From the human T2T-CHM13v2.0 reference genome, Homo sapiens: 64,000 bases of DNA. Positions 63,665 to 64,000 of this stretch are shown in pieces (positions within the stretch are counted from its first letter, which is position 1; the number at the start of each line of letters is the position of its first letter). The stretch is from NCBI RefSeq assembly GCF_009914755.1, contig NC_060927.1. One strand, 5' to 3'. The position numbers and the translations under genes were made by a program. Under the pieces are notes generated by a model. It was not told the DNA's origin, searched no databases, and worked only from the letters and a program-made list of their open reading frames with translations.

Positions 63665-64000
63665 TAGTAGATGGGGAGGATCAGGGAAATTTGACAGGTT
63701 TCAGTGGGGCAAGATGGTTTCCTTAATGTTGCTGTTATGGGATGGTTGATATAAAGCCGTGTGTCGTTTTCAGGGTGAATTCTCAACAGGGAAGGCCTGC
63801 GTAGAGGGCTTGCAAGATTTCGTGGAAACCAAAATGTGCATTCAGCAAAGAGGGGAGGCTAGAATCATGCCAACTCAGTGATGTCATGTGTGTTTTTTCT
63901 TGCTGATCAGAATCTCTGATTAACAGTTATGGATGTCTTTAGCTAATAAAAAAGGGAAAAGCAAGTTGTTTCTTAATGAGCATAGTTTACTTGGTACTTG

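Overview
Primate (almost certainly human) genomic DNA with two genes arranged head-to-head. On the minus strand are six coding exons of NME9/TXNDC6 (thioredoxin-like 2: WCGPC thioredoxin domain plus the linker before the NDPK domain), starting in a CpG island at ~19.8-20.6 kb and running off the left edge. On the plus strand is MRAS, with a CpG-island promoter and non-coding first exon(s) at ~38.5-39.7 kb, a ~24 kb first intron, and the first coding exon at 63419-63629. Most of the rest is interspersed repeat (about 30 Alus, L1, MaLR/ERV LTRs, hAT MERs, MIR/L2), and nearly all ORFs in the supplied track are repeat-derived or spurious. I see no new protein-coding system. The best leads are regulatory or structural: an RFX X-box cluster in MRAS intron 1 echoing an X-box at the NME9 promoter, a compact MEF2/CArG-like/TEAD module at the MRAS promoter, a duplicated CTCF-like 34-mer between the genes, an old local duplication flanking NME9 exon 4, an ERV1-type solo LTR nested in an Alu and pointing at NME9, and inverted Alu pairs bracketing NME9 exons. 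Repeat subfamily names are from recall and repeat boundaries are approximate; neither was checked with RepeatMasker.
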